64,000 nt of DNA from an uncultured Verrucomicrobiae bacterium (lineage in GTDB: Bacteria > Verrucomicrobiota > Verrucomicrobiia > Chthoniobacterales > Chthoniobacteraceae), in contig CAVYKI010000003.1 in the NCBI GenBank assembly GCA_963769025.1, forward strand, positions 448,001-512,000, read 5' to 3'. The position numbers and the translations under genes are program-made. The notes under the pieces are model-generated. The model was not told the origin of the DNA. It saw only the letters and a program-made list of their open reading frames with translations, and made no database searches. Every line of letters starts with the position of its first letter. The first letter of the stretch is position 1. Shown one piece after another: positions 31,801-42,218 of this stretch.

Positions 31801-32747
31801 CCGGAGGAAAGGCGAGCCCACTGACCTATCGCACGCCCGCGGGCGGCGCGGCGGCCTTTGCGCACGTCGGGCTGCTCGGCGCGGCAAAGCTCGGCCACGT
31901 GATGGATGCGAACGGCGAGGGCTTCGTCCTCGCGGCGGCGATCCCGCGCGCGAGCGTGCCGAGGCTGCCCGCCTTCGCCGGGGAGTTCCGCACGCAGGTG
32001 AATTTCGCCGCCACGTTCGCCGGGCATAACCGCTTCTGGTGGGCGAATGCCGACGGCTCGGCGTCGCGCGAGACCTACGACGAACCGACCGAGGCGCGGC
32101 TTTACCCGGGTTCGTGGTCGCAGTCGAAATTCGAGCCGATGACCGATCTGCCCGTGCGCACCTGGAGCGCGATCGGGCCCTTCGGATTTTCAAGGCTGAC
32201 GCAGCTCCGTCACGGCGAGGACCGGAAGGAAATCATCCGCACGCTGGAGGCCCTCAGCTTCCCGCCCGAGCAGGGCATCGACCTGGCCGCGACGTTCAAC
32301 GGAGAACTCACACAGACGCGCAAAGGCAAACGCACGCTGAAATGGCGTCCCGCGAACATCAGCGGCGACCGGATTTCGTTCGATCCGGTGCTCGGCTGGA
32401 AAGGCTACGAGGACGAAGGCACCGCCTACCTCGTGACCTGGGTGCAGGCGCCGCAGCCGGTGTCCGTGAAGCTGAAGGTGCTCGACGAACACGGGCACCA
32501 CGCGGTGCGCGTATGGCTGGACGACAAAGCCCTGCCCGTCGTGCATCCCAAGAACCAACGGGCGACGGATCTCCATCACTCGCTCGATCCCACGATGCCC
32601 GTCGAACTTCGCGCCGGATGGAACAAGCTGCTGCTCCGCTACGACCAGGTCTGGGGAAACAACGTCGTGGGCCTCGCCCTCGACGCCGCCCCCGAGGTGC
32701 TCTGGTCGCTGAAATTTTCCGCGACGCCACCCGCGCCAGCGAAGTGA
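28821..32747 (+). CDS. Large secreted multidomain protein (FlgD-Ig-like, NHL-like propeller, sugar-binding-like domains)
   Basis: Intact ~1300 aa ORF; WNGLDDNFMPVPPGTY, VDNRGRIYVAD, DANGDGQV, LDGSMSGW, WSAIGPF, LRAGWNKLLL. Confidence 0.65.
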   Translation: MPLTPLRRSIFIILAFWVTTFANAQGIQSGVPVSYQLPTTGPLPQTYRVTLAIVDERKPDWIISQFAAGVVRTVTAENGGKFSEIWNGLDDNFMPVPPGTYGLKGIYMPAAKWAVDGEHHSITPRYVTSADAWRPLPAESKLPILSGDPVNSPIGDVDVAPNGMAVFCYQYLENSRNFYTADFRKPIGYDQATPGYNSGGAAGGRAVATDGITSWCAENEGFVFRTDMKKFGNENGRFRKGVHELEGKVTAMAAWRDEAAGRSFVYLAERGRLMRDTKRWYSPEESTTEMVNKIIVLDGDTAQRLGEVPVKEPLGVVARWGDRLWVLHKDGDGFAVSAAAMKAGVPEPALKRVLRVPAGIVPGDLEVDNRGRIYVADANANKVHQFSAAGKPLRTFGKLATQRPGSYDPESFMSPEKLSCWRDSEGRDRLVVIERHGPDRVSEWDAESGKLLREWLSAQTYANAGYAVDPRQPGQLYIQGHGGWLMRFRVDYQTGAWHTDAVWPDVCTGRFAHHHFGFPRMFYRGDTRYLAWSRGDFIYREAGDRWLPSAAILNEGQGKDRKQFVWHDANGDGQVQESEYQSRPMTQPVGNRRYWGDSWMDDLSLVAIEQGAADVWRLAPESFDAHGNPIYPADGWKKLLTDPVLSARKLGTATATFGGNEIGDHFSSAWAMVAGSMTDGFYVNARGPDLGANFGAQQKLSRYVPDGKGGFGLKWRVGRVAIHGTADEGEVYGSINVMPPIGGLITQVDQSRMGLVLYTEDGLYVETLFPDQRKGGKTAGPYNLGGEFFTGYSFANPADGKVYFALGKTTPMIFEAEGWTVNGNPVRRLETLPKTVSISASQIAPAPEFALAVRKQRGGGTVARVALFAPMPGGGPALDGSMSGWEGCEPVTFSANAKQTVEVRCGFDPEYLYLRWQVRLGRKFEPKPLDPADRIFTHDREADTLSFFIQGDPDAKPAKDANGRPGDARFVFGLFQDKDQIRPVALAMLPHDSAGGKASPLTYRTPAGGAAAFAHVGLLGAAKLGHVMDANGEGFVLAAAIPRASVPRLPAFAGEFRTQVNFAATFAGHNRFWWANADGSASRETYDEPTEARLYPGSWSQSKFEPMTDLPVRTWSAIGPFGFSRLTQLRHGEDRKEIIRTLEALSFPPEQGIDLAATFNGELTQTRKGKRTLKWRPANISGDRISFDPVLGWKGYEDEGTAYLVTWVQAPQPVSVKLKVLDEHGHHAVRVWLDDKALPVVHPKNQRATDLHHSLDPTMPVELRAGWNKLLLRYDQVWGNNVVGLALDAAPEVLWSLKFSATPPAPAK

Positions 32748-32901
32748 ATCCCAAGAGGCATCTGGCTGCTCGCATTTTGGCCTGAACCGGCCATCGTTTT
32801 CACCAGCCTCCCCCGCCATCCGTCCGGCACGCCCCACGAACAACCAAAGGGAGCGCAGGTTCCGCGATTTTCATCCCAGCCAAACTCCGAAGCTCACGAC
32901 C

Positions 32902-34156
32902 ATGAACATCAACCTCAAGCAGTCCCTTTCGCGCCGCGCATTTCTCCGAGGCACAGGCGTGACCCTCGCGCTGCCGCTGCTCGAAGCGATGCTGCCAGCC
33001 TTCGGCAAGGCGGCGCAGGCGGCGGTGCCGCGGCGAATGGTCGCCATCGAGACGAACATGGGCATCATGCCGCAGTTCTTTTTCCCGGAGAAGGCGGGCG
33101 CCGATTACGCGCTGACGCCGTATCTGGAAAAACTCGCGGCGCATCGGAAGAACATGACGGTGTTCTCCGGCGTGAGCCTGCCGGGCGTCACAGGCGGCCA
33201 TGCGGCGGAGAAATGTTTCCTCACCGGCACGCCGCATCCCGACCGCGGCGGATTCCGCAACTGGGTGTCGCTCGACCAGCTCGCGGCGGAGCACGTCGGC
33301 GTCGCCACGCGGTATTCGTCGATCCCTCTGTGCATGACGAGCGAAGGCGGGCGGACGCTGAGCTTCACGCGCAGCGGCGCGCCGATCCCCGCCGAGAACA
33401 GTCCGCGCAAGCTTTTCCAGAAGCTCTTCGTGCAGGGCAAGGCGAGCGAGGTGGAGGCGAATGTCGAGGCGCTGCGGCAGGGCCAGAGCATGCTCGATTT
33501 TGTCGGCGACCAGTCGAAGCGGCTGGACCGGATGCTCTCAAAGGCCGACCAGCGGCGCATGGACGAGTACTACACCTCCGTCCGCGAGCTGGAGAAGCGG
33601 CTGCACACCGCCGAGGAGTGGGAATACAAGCCGAAGCCCGTCGTGAAGGCGGAGCCGCCGACCGACATCGACGACTCGCGCGAATTCGTGGCGCGGACGA
33701 GGCTGATGTTCGACGTGATGAAGCTCGCCATCGAGACGGACTCGACGCGGATCCTCACGCTCTTCATCGACACGGTCGTCATCCACAACATCACGCACCA
33801 CGGCAACCGCCCGGAGGCCGTCGCGGAGCTGCGCGAGAAGGAAGAGGCGCAGTTTGCCGCGCTGAATGATTTCCTCACCGCACTCACGAACACCAAGGAG
33901 GAAGGCGAATCGCTGCTCGACCGCACGCAGGTGCTCTACGGCACGCCGATGGGCAGCGCAAATTCGCACAACAACGTGAACCTGCCCGGTGCTGCTCGCC
34001 GGCGGCGGCTTCCGGCACGGCCAGCACCTCGCCTTCGACACGAAGAACAACTACCCGCTGACCAATCTCTACCTCTCGATGCTCCAGCGGCTCGGGATCG
34101 AGACGGGCGAGTTCTCGACCGCGAAAGGAACGATGCGCGGGCTGGAGATGGCGTGA
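32902..34156 (+). CDS. DUF1552 family protein with Tat signal (indel ~33988)
   Basis: [52 protein letters not shown]. Confidence 0.85.
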
Positions 34157-36762
34157 TGAAACGGTTCGCCGCTGCCTCGCTTACGCTCGCAATCGGTGCC
34201 GCGCTCCAGGCCGTCGAGCCGGCGGCGTTTTTCGACGAACACTGCACGGACTGCCACGACGCGGAGACGAAGAAGGGCAATCTCGATCTCACGGCGCTGA
34301 AGCAGGACTTTGCGAATCCGGAGAACTTCGCCCGCTGGGTCAAGGTGCATGATCTCATCGTGTCCGGCGAGATGCCGCCGAAGAAGAAGGCGCGCCCGCC
34401 TGCGGACGATCGCAAGGCCATCACCGCATGGCTCAACGATTCGCTCACCAAGGCCGACCGGGCGCGCCTCGATGCGGAAAATCGCACGGGCGTGCGGAGG
34501 CTGACGCGCGGCGGAGTACGAGAACACGGTGCGCGATCTCTTCGACATGCCGGGGATCGCCTTGCAGAACGGCCTGCCTGCCGACGGCTCGGCGTACGGT
34601 TTCGACAAGAACAGCGACGCGCTCGACATCTCGCATGTGAACATGGCGAAGTACATCGAGGCCGCCGATCAGACGCTGGATCTCGCCATCGCGACGCGCC
34701 CGGACGCACCGGCGGTGCAGAAACGCCGGTTCTCGCTCATGAACCGCGGCGGCGGCGTCGCGCACATCGTGATGAATGGCGATGGGGTGCTGCTCAAGGA
34801 CAAGCAGCCCGATCCCGATTTTCCTCCTGCGGGCGAGCTGCCGCACATCGATCAGGGGTCGCACGAGCGCACGGGCGCCTTCGATACCGGCAGCAGCGTC
34901 GGACTTTTCCGGCACGAGGATGAGTCGGTGAGTCCGTACTTCATGGAGCACGTCACGATCTATCCCGGCCGCTACCGCGTGCGCACGTCGCTGTGGAGCT
35001 TCCAATGGGACAAGGGCAAGGTGCTCCCGGCGCGCGGCACGGAGGCGGCGCGGCTTTCCGTCGTGCAGCTCACCGGCGACGGCCGCGGCGGCCAGCACCC
35101 GAGCTACGTGCTCGGCTACTACGATGCGCCTTCGCTGGAATCCAAGGAGCACGAGCTCGTCACCTGGCTGAACCAGAACGAGATCATCGGCTACAACGTC
35201 GCGTCGCTCGCGCCCGTGGCGAACTACAACCGCAAGGGGCGCGCGATGGCGTTCACCGGGCCCGGGCATCGCCTGCGACTGGCTCGAGGTCGAGGGGCCG
35301 CTCCACGACATCTGGCCGCCGGCCGCGCATCGCGTGCTTTTCGGCGAACTGCCGCTCGCGCCAGTTCGTAGCCGCGGACAATCCCGGCGTTCGCGCGCCG
35401 GTGCGTCAGAAGGTCCGCCAGATCGGCGCAGGCAGAAACCGGCCCGATCCGGACAAGGGGCTGTGGACGGTCCAAAGCGGGAATCCGCTCGCCGACGCCG
35501 ACCGCCTGCTCGCGGGCTTCCTGCCGAAGGCGTTCCGCCGTCCCGTGGACGATGCCGTGCGCAAGAGCTACCTCGCGAAATTCGAGGAGCGCATGAAGGC
35601 CGGCGATCACTTCGAGACCGCGATGCGCTGGGTGTATCGCGCGGCGATGTGCTCGCCGGACTTCCTTTACCACATCGAACCCCCCGGCCGTCTCGACGAC
35701 TTCGCGCTCGCCTCACGCCTCTCGTATTTCCTCTGGAACTCGACGCCCGACGCCACGCTCACCGCGCTCGCGGCGGGCGGCAGACTCCGCGACCCAAAGG
35801 TGCTCGGCGAACAGGTCGAACGCCTGCTGAAGGACGCGAAGTCGCAGCGCTTCATCGAGGATTTCCTCGGCCAATGGCTGAAGCTGCGCTCCATCGCCGC
35901 GAACGATCCGGACAAGAAGCTCTACCCCGAGTTCAGCCCGTATCTGCAGGACTCCATGGTCGCCGAGACGCGCGCGTATTTCCGCGAACTCATCGACCGC
36001 AACCTCGACGCCGGACACCTCGTGCAGTCCGACTTTGCGATGCTGAATGAAAAGCTCGCGGTGCACTACGGCATCCCCGGCGTGAGCGGGCCGGCGATCC
36101 GGCGCGTGCAACTGCCGAAGGACTGCGCGCGCGGCGGATTCCTCACTCAGGCCTCGATTTTGAAAATCACCGCCAACGGCACGACGACATCGCCGGTGGT
36201 GCGCGGCGCGTTCGTGATGGACCGGCTGCTCGGCAAACCGCCCGAGCCGCAACCGCCGAACATCGCCGCCGTCGAGCCCGACGTGCAGGGGGCGACCACC
36301 ATCCGCGAGCTGCTCGCGAAGCACAGCACCGACGCCTCGTGCGCGTCGTGCCATGTGAACATCGACCCGCCCGGGTTTGCCCTCGAGTCGTTCGATGTCA
36401 TCGGCGGCCAGCGCGACCGCTACCGCAGCATCGGCGAAGGCGATCCCGCACCGCGCGGGAGCATCGACCCGTTCATCGGCATCAGCTTCAAGCTCGGGCC
36501 AAAGGTGGATGCGAGCGGCCAGTTGCACGACGAACGCAAGTTCACCGGCATCGCCGATTTCAAGACCCTGCTCACGACCGAGAACCGCCAGCTCCTGCTC
36601 AATCTCGCGCGCCAGTTCACCGTCTATGCCACGGGCCGCGACATCGCCTTCAGCGACCGCGCTGCGCTGGAGGACATCGTCGCGCGCACCGAAAAGCAGG
36701 GCGGCGGCATCCGCACGCTGCTGCACGAAGTCGCCCTGAGCGGCCTCTTCCAGACCCGCTAG
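34156..36762 (+). CDS. DUF1587/1595/1592/1588/1585 protein with c-type heme motifs (indels)
   Basis: HCTDCH..GEMPP, RRLTR.EYENTVRDL, LASRLSYFLWNSTPD, TSPVVRG, CASCH..IDPPGFALESFD. Confidence 0.85.
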
Positions 36763-36771
36763 CCCACGGCC

Positions 36772-37338
36772 ATGAATCCCCTGCTCCACCTTCCGTCACT
36801 CGTCGCCGCCATCGCTTGCTCCGCGACCGGCATGCTGCGGGCAGAGGAGCAGGCATCCACGCATCGCATCGTCGGCATCAGCGAGCCTTCCCGCGCGGAA
36901 GACCTCCGTGCTCTGGTGAAGGCGATGCCCGATGTCGAGCTCGCGACACTCGACGCCGAGAGCACCGAGGCCACATTCCGCTACGACGTGGCGAAGCTGA
37001 TCGGCGGATACAATCCGAAGAAACCGCCGACCGCGGAAGCGATCGCGAAACGGCTCGAAGAACTCCTGAGAACCGCTTCGCAAGGAAGCTTCACGCTCAA
37101 GCCACCCGCGACACTCGCGAAGGACGAGATGCAGAAACTCGAGATCAAAGTCGGCGTCCTCGACTGCAAGGCCTGCCGTTACGCGGCCTACATCGCCATC
37201 GCCAAGCTCGACGGCGTCGAGCGGGCCAGCGTGAGCAATGCCAGCGTGGTCACGGCCTGGATCGATCCTGCAAAGACGAACCGCGAAGCACTCGAAGCCG
37301 CGCTGAAAAAGGCGCGCGTGGAACTGCCGGCACCGTAA
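36772..37338 (+). CDS. Exported protein with two HMA-like domains
   Basis: Signal-like N-terminus; LDCKAC..LDGVERASV; first repeat lacks Cys. Confidence 0.65.
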   Translation: MNPLLHLPSLVAAIACSATGMLRAEEQASTHRIVGISEPSRAEDLRALVKAMPDVELATLDAESTEATFRYDVAKLIGGYNPKKPPTAEAIAKRLEELLRTASQGSFTLKPPATLAKDEMQKLEIKVGVLDCKACRYAAYIAIAKLDGVERASVSNASVVTAWIDPAKTNREALEAALKKARVELPAP

Positions 37339-37442
37339 GGCTGCAAGGCGCCCCCCACGCACCACGCCAGCTCCGCGGAATCGAAAGTTTTGCGCCCACA
37401 GCCACCCGTCGTCAACGTTCCCCTATCCCCCTTCCCCCGACC

Positions 37443-38279
37443 ATGAAATCCTTCCTCGCAATTCTCGCACTCGTCCCCTGCCTCGCGTTTGCACAGTCGC
37501 CCGACCTCACGCTCGCGCGCGACAAGAACTGGCTCGTCATCCAGGGCCCGCATCTGCCGAAAGGCGAGATCCGCATCAACTACCTCGAAGCGTATTGTCG
37601 CGCGAACTCGACGGCCGCGGACTGGCACGACACGACGCTCGGCCACACGACGGAACTCGTCTCGCTCAGCGACGACAAGAAGACGATGAAGCTGCGCTGT
37701 ACGGTGAAGGACGGCGTGGTGGTCGATCACACGATCACCGCGGGCACCGACGACGTGACTTTCGCCCTCACCGCGCACAATCCGAGCTCGCAGGAGTCCG
37801 GCGCGCACTGGGCGCAGCCGTGCATCCGGCTCGGCGACTTCACCGGCTACGACAACAAGGGCAAGGACCTCGATGACTACCTGCCGAAGTGCTTCGTCTT
37901 CCTCGACGGCAAGCTCGCGCGCATGCCCGACATCCGGCCGTGGGCCAAGGAGGCGCGCTACATTCCCGGCCAGGTCTGGTGCCCGAAGGACGTGCCGCGC
38001 ACCGACGTGAACCCGCGCCCGCTCAGCCCGCTGGTGCCGAGCAACGGCCTCATCGGCTGCTTCAGCGGCGATGAAAAACAGATCTTCGCCGTCGCCTTTG
38101 AGCCGTATCAGGAGCTGTTCCAAGGCGTCGCACGCTGCCTGCATTCCGACTTCCGCATCGGCGGCCTGAAGCCGGGCGAGACGAAACAGATCAAAGGCAA
38201 AATCTACATCGTTCAGAACGATGTCCCCGCGCTGCTGGCGCGGTACGCAAAGGATTTTCCGGAGCAGCAGCGGAAGTAA
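37443..38279 (+). CDS. Secreted hypothetical protein
   Basis: MKSFLAILALVPCLAFA signal peptide; open 278 aa frame with typical codon usage. Confidence 0.7.
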   Translation: MKSFLAILALVPCLAFAQSPDLTLARDKNWLVIQGPHLPKGEIRINYLEAYCRANSTAADWHDTTLGHTTELVSLSDDKKTMKLRCTVKDGVVVDHTITAGTDDVTFALTAHNPSSQESGAHWAQPCIRLGDFTGYDNKGKDLDDYLPKCFVFLDGKLARMPDIRPWAKEARYIPGQVWCPKDVPRTDVNPRPLSPLVPSNGLIGCFSGDEKQIFAVAFEPYQELFQGVARCLHSDFRIGGLKPGETKQIKGKIYIVQNDVPALLARYAKDFPEQQRK

Positions 38280-38405
38280 TTTTTGATGCTCGCCCCATCC
38301 ATTCATCCTCGCCCTGCCGGACGGAAGCCCTGCGGGGTGGACGCCGACATTCAACGCTTTCTCCGCCATCGAACTTTTTTTCACCCCCGCACCACGCCCC
38401 GATTT

Positions 38406-40470
38406 ATGATGTCCGTCCTTCGCCATTTCGTCCTCCTCGTCGGAGGGCTGTTCGCCCTTTCATCATCGGCCCGGGCGGCAACTGCGGCGGACGTGATCGT
38501 CTATGGCGCGACACCCGGCGGATTTTGCGCAGCCATCGCCGCCGCGCGGGAAGGAGCCTCGGTGATCCTGCTGGAGCCGAGCCCTCACGTCGGCGGCGTG
38601 AACACCGGTGGATTGTGCTTCAGCGACTCGAATCAGACGGTGCGCAGCACGGTGCTGGGGTTGTTTGAGGAATGGCATCTGCGCATCGAGAAGGACTACG
38701 GGCAGCGCGGCGTGAAGCTGCCTTATCAGGTCGGCGTGAAAGATCACACGCACTGGACTTACGAACCGCATGTGGCGGCGCGCGTGACGACGGCGATGCT
38801 CGAGGAGGCTGGCGTGAAGGTGCTGACGAAGCGCGTGCTGGAGAAGGTGACGAAGGACGGCACGCGCATCACGAAACTCACGACGGGCGACGGCGAGTTC
38901 ACGGCGAAGGTGTTCATCGACGGCACCTACGAGGGCGATCTGATGGCGGCGGCGGGAGTGAGCTGGACGATTGGCCGCGAGGGGCGCGCGGAGTTTGGCG
39001 AGTCGCTCGCCGGGAAGCAGTATCCGAAGGCGAAAATGGCGATCTCGGGCCTTGCTGCCGATGGCAAGCCGCTGCCGCTGATCACGACGACCGACGCCGG
39101 TCCGGAGGAGGCGGGCGACAAGAATGTGATGGTTTACAGCTTCCGGCTGGTCCTGACCACGAATCCCGAAAACCGCGTGCCGATGCCGAAGCCCGCGAAC
39201 TACGACCCCGCGCGTTTTGAAGTCGTTCGCAGGCATCTGCAAAATGGCGGACGCGGTGTGGGGATCGACCTCTATCCCCTGCCGGGCGGCAAGTTCGACG
39301 GGAACAATTCGATTGGCGGACAATTTTCCCTCGGCCTCGTCGGTGCCTGCAATGGCTGGAGCGAAGCGGATGCAGCGGGGCGGCAGCGCATCTGGGAAGC
39401 GCACAAGCAATACACCCTCGAGTTCCTCCACTTTCTCACCACCGATCCGGCCGTGCCGGAAGCCGATCGGAGGAAGTATGCCGCACTCGGCCTCTGCAGG
39501 GATGAGTTTCCGGAGCACGGCCACTTTTCACCCGCGCTCTATGTCCGCGAAGGCCGGCGCATGAAGGGCATGTATGTGGTCACCCAGAACGACATCTTGA
39601 AGACGCCGGAAAAGGACGACGCGATCGCGGTTTCATCGTTTCCCATCGACTCGCACGACTGCCAGCGCGTCGGAACCGCGGATAGCGTCATCGCCGAGGG
39701 CACGATCATGCCGGTGCGCATGGCGGGCCGGCGGCATGGGTATCCCTACCACATTCCCTATCGCGCCATTCTGCCGAGATCGGAGGAGTGCTCGAATCTC
39801 CTCGTGCCCGTCGCCCTGTCCTGCACGCATGTCGCCATCAGCTCGATCCGTGTCGAGCCGACGTGGATGATTCTCGGCCAGAGCGCGGGCGTCGCAGCGG
39901 CGCTGAGCGCGAAACAGAACGTCGGGGTGCAAGCGCTGCCGTATCCCGCCCTGCGCGAGCGCCTGCTGGCGCAAAAACAGGTGCTCGAACTCCCCGTGCT
40001 GACCACTTTGCCACCGCAGCCGAAGGGCGCGATGAACATCGATCCCGCCAGGCTGCCGGGCATCGTTCTGGATGACACGCAGGCCAGAGCTGAAAGGCCC
40101 GTGGAGCCGTTCCTCCAACTTCAAACCTCACATCGGCGACGGATATATCCACGACGACAAGCGGGGCGACGGCCAGTCCTCCGCGACGTTTCGCTTCAAG
40201 GTCCCGAAGACCGGCCGCTACGACCTGCGCATCGCCTACTCGCCCCACGAGACGCGCGCCAAGAAGGTGCCGCTCACGATCGTCAGCGGCGCTCAGCGCA
40301 CGGCCCTCACGTTTGACAAAACGCAGCCGCTTCCACAGGGCGACGCCTTTCGCAGCGCAGGCATCGTCCAGCTCACGGCCGACGTGGAAACCACGATCAC
40401 GCTGAGCAACGAAGGCACGGAAGGCTTCGTCATCGTGGATGCGATTCAGTTGATCGAAGCAAAGGAATGA
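38406..40470 (+). CDS. Secreted FAD-dependent oxidoreductase with C-terminal beta-sandwich (golvesin/xanthan-lyase CBD-like); indel ~40088
   Basis: VIVYGATPGG..AAREG, IDGTYEGDL, YVREGRR, IDSH, PYRAILP, SSIRVEP; C-terminal VIVDAIQL. Confidence 0.8.
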
Positions 40471-40555
40471 CACAGCCTCGCCCAACCTCGCACGTGACCT
40501 CCGGCATCCGAAGCCAGGTGACCCGAGACCGAAACCTCCCCCTCACCACACATCC

Positions 40556-41997
40556 ATGAACTCCCATCCTTCGTCTCCCCTCCCGCGTCGCCATTTTCTC
40601 CGCCAGGCCGTGGGTGGCGCGACGGCGGCCGCGCTCGCTCCATCCCTCGCGCGGGCCGCGGATGCGCCGGCTTCGGCTCCCGGAAAGTTCGGCGAACCGG
40701 CGCGGGAGATTCCGCTGAACGATGACGCGGATGTGATCGTCTGCGGCGCGGGTCCCGCGGGGGTCTCCGCGGCCATCACGGCGGCGCGGGCGGGCGCGAA
40801 GGTGCGGCTCTTCGAGTGGCGCGGCTGCCTCGGCGGCGTGTGGACGGCGGGCCTGCTCGGCTACCTGCTCGATTTCGACAAGCCGGGCTTTGCCAGGGAG
40901 CTGGTCGGCCGGACTGGACGAGCGCGGCATCCGGCGCGGCACAAACCGCTCCAGCGTCTGCTACGAACCGGAGGGCATGAAGCTGCTGCTCGAGGATCTG
41001 TGCGTCGGAGGCGGGCGTGAAGTTCCAGTTTCACACGCGCGTCGCCGCCGCGTATCGCGACGGGCGGCGGCTCACGACCATCGTCACGGAGTCAAAGTCC
41101 GGGCGGCAGGCGTGGCGCGCGCCGGTGTTCATCGACACGACCGGCGACGGCGACCTCGGCGCGCTCGCCGGATGCGCCTGGGAGATCGGCGAGGCGAAGG
41201 ACTGCCCGTGCCAGCCGATGTCGCTCAACGCGCTGCTCGTCGTGAAGGACGCGGAGGCGCTGCGCGATTTCATCCGCATGGGCAAACCCGGTCCCGGAGA
41301 CGCGTCGAACGGGCAGAAGAAGAACCGCATCCGCGAGGAGATCGAGCGCACCGGCCACTTCCCCTCCTACAGCAAGCCCACGCTCTGGCAGGTGCGCGAC
41401 AACCTGATCCTCGCCATGATGAACCACGAATACGGCATCAAGCCCTTCGACGCCGCGCAGATCACCGAGGCCACGGTGCGCGCACGCGCGGAGATGAACC
41501 ACATGATCGACGGCCTGCGCAAACTCGGCGGACCGTGGGAGGGCATCCAGATCGTCGCCACCGCCGAGCAGATCGGCGTGCGCGATGGCCGCCGCATCGC
41601 GGGCCGCTACACCGTGAGCAAGGACGACGTGACCACCGGCGCGCGGCACGAGGACGGCGTGGTGCGCCCGACCTTCCCCGTCGACGTCCACGCCATGAGC
41701 GCCGAGCAAAACAGGACTTCGGCGTATTCAGACCAAGGCCTCAAGGTGAAGCCCTACGACATCCCGCTGCGCGCGCTCATCGCGAAGGACGTGGACGGCC
41801 TCATGATGGCCGGCCGCTGCATCAGCGGCGACTTCATCGCGCACTCCAGCTACCGCGTGACCGGCAACGCCGTCGCCATGGGCGAAGCCGCGGGCATCGT
41901 CAGCGCGCTCGCCGCACAGCGGAAAGCGCTCCCGCATGAAATTCCATGGGCCGACGCCGTCGCGGTCTTGGAAAAAGTCCGCGCCGGGCGCGCTTGA
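40556..41997 (+). CDS. Tat-exported FAD-dependent oxidoreductase (indels)
   Basis: PRRHFLR; VIVCGAGPAG, IDTTGDGD, GVRDGRRI, YDIPLRAL, AGRCISGD, SYRV. Confidence 0.82.
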
Positions 41998-42218
41998 GCT
42001 TCGCTGCGCAACGTGCGCGAACCCCGCTCGACCGCGTGTCTCGCATGATTCCGAAAATGCAGAGCCCATGAACGCGTTTCGCCGTTCTGCTGCCCGCTCC
42101 GCAGGCGCCGCTGCTCTCGCCGGAGTTTGCGGTGATGGAATGAGCGGCACTGCGCTTTTCAGCAGTTCCGCACCGTGGGGAAACTCTCCTTTTCCTGAAT
42201 CCCCGATCCCCTTGAACC

